NCBI GenBank assembly: GCA_038845975.1
Contig: JAWBQF010000044.1
Location: 1-17,555, forward strand
Origin: Candidatus Methanomethylicia archaeon
Lineage (GTDB): Archaea; Thermoproteota; Methanomethylicia; CALHIW01
Length of the DNA stretch: 17,555 nucleotides
Reading direction: 5' to 3'
Shown here: piece after piece, positions 17,226 to 17,555 of the stretch
Position numbering within the stretch: the stretch's first letter is position 1
Layout of the letters: every line of letters starts with the position of its first letter
Position numbers and translations under genes: made by a program
Notes under the pieces: generated by a model
Told to the model about the DNA's origin: nothing
Database searches by the model: none
What the model saw: the letters and a program-made list of their open reading frames with translations, nothing else

Positions 17226-17555
17226 TTAATAGATAAGCTTCTCAAAGCCCTAAGAGATAAAGGAGTTTTCAGATAAGGTTTTGCTTAAAAGAAGCTAGGG
17301 CATGTATTCCCTACATGGCTTAGTTATAGGGATATTGCTACGTCTGTCTGGTTGTTGATGTGAGCCATGTATCAATATGGTGTTGGATTCAAAAGATTGA
17401 GGGAATAAGAATTGATGTGAGGCCAATAGAGGGATGGTAGCTATTGATGAGATGAAGCTGAGGAGGCGGGCATCATTTCTAGTATGGGCTGCAATAGACT
17501 AAGACCAAGAGCTTCTAGCAGTAAGGGCTTCATGGCGGAGAAGCATACTGGATGC
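17226..17555 (+). mobile_element. IS6-family transposase pseudogene (N-terminal part, truncated by window end)
   Basis: GGAGGTGA SD at 17216-17223. Frameshifted fragments LRDKGVFR, LSYRDIA, DVSHVSIWCWIQKI, MVAIDEMKL, VWAAID, ELLAVRASWRRSILDA. Possible left end GATACTGTTAC at 17167 (uncertain). Confidence 0.82.

Overview
AT-rich archaeal chromosomal window, judged from the box C/D sRNA, GGTGA-type ribosome-binding sites and archaeal IS6/VapC/Cmk-type sequences. Left part: a well-formed box C/D guide sRNA just upstream of an enlarged NurA-family nuclease with a probable winged-helix insert, then a decayed HEPN (HepT/DUF86) toxin, a small unknown protein on the minus strand, an acetamidase/formamidase gene and a HerA/DUF87-type ATPase. 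No mre11 or rad50 is present in the window. Middle: a complete five-gene Liv-type ABC importer (minus strand) divergent from an acyl-CoA ligase and a radical SAM gene. Between them lie two different, internally deleted IS6-family elements stacked in tandem, bounded and separated by three exact copies of the 8-bp target duplication TATGGATA. Right part: a decayed vapBC locus carrying an 88-bp copy (87/88 identical) of the livM gene, a cytidylate-kinase-like gene and a third IS6 transposase pseudogene running off the window end. All calls come from manual reading and motif recognition; no database searches were run.
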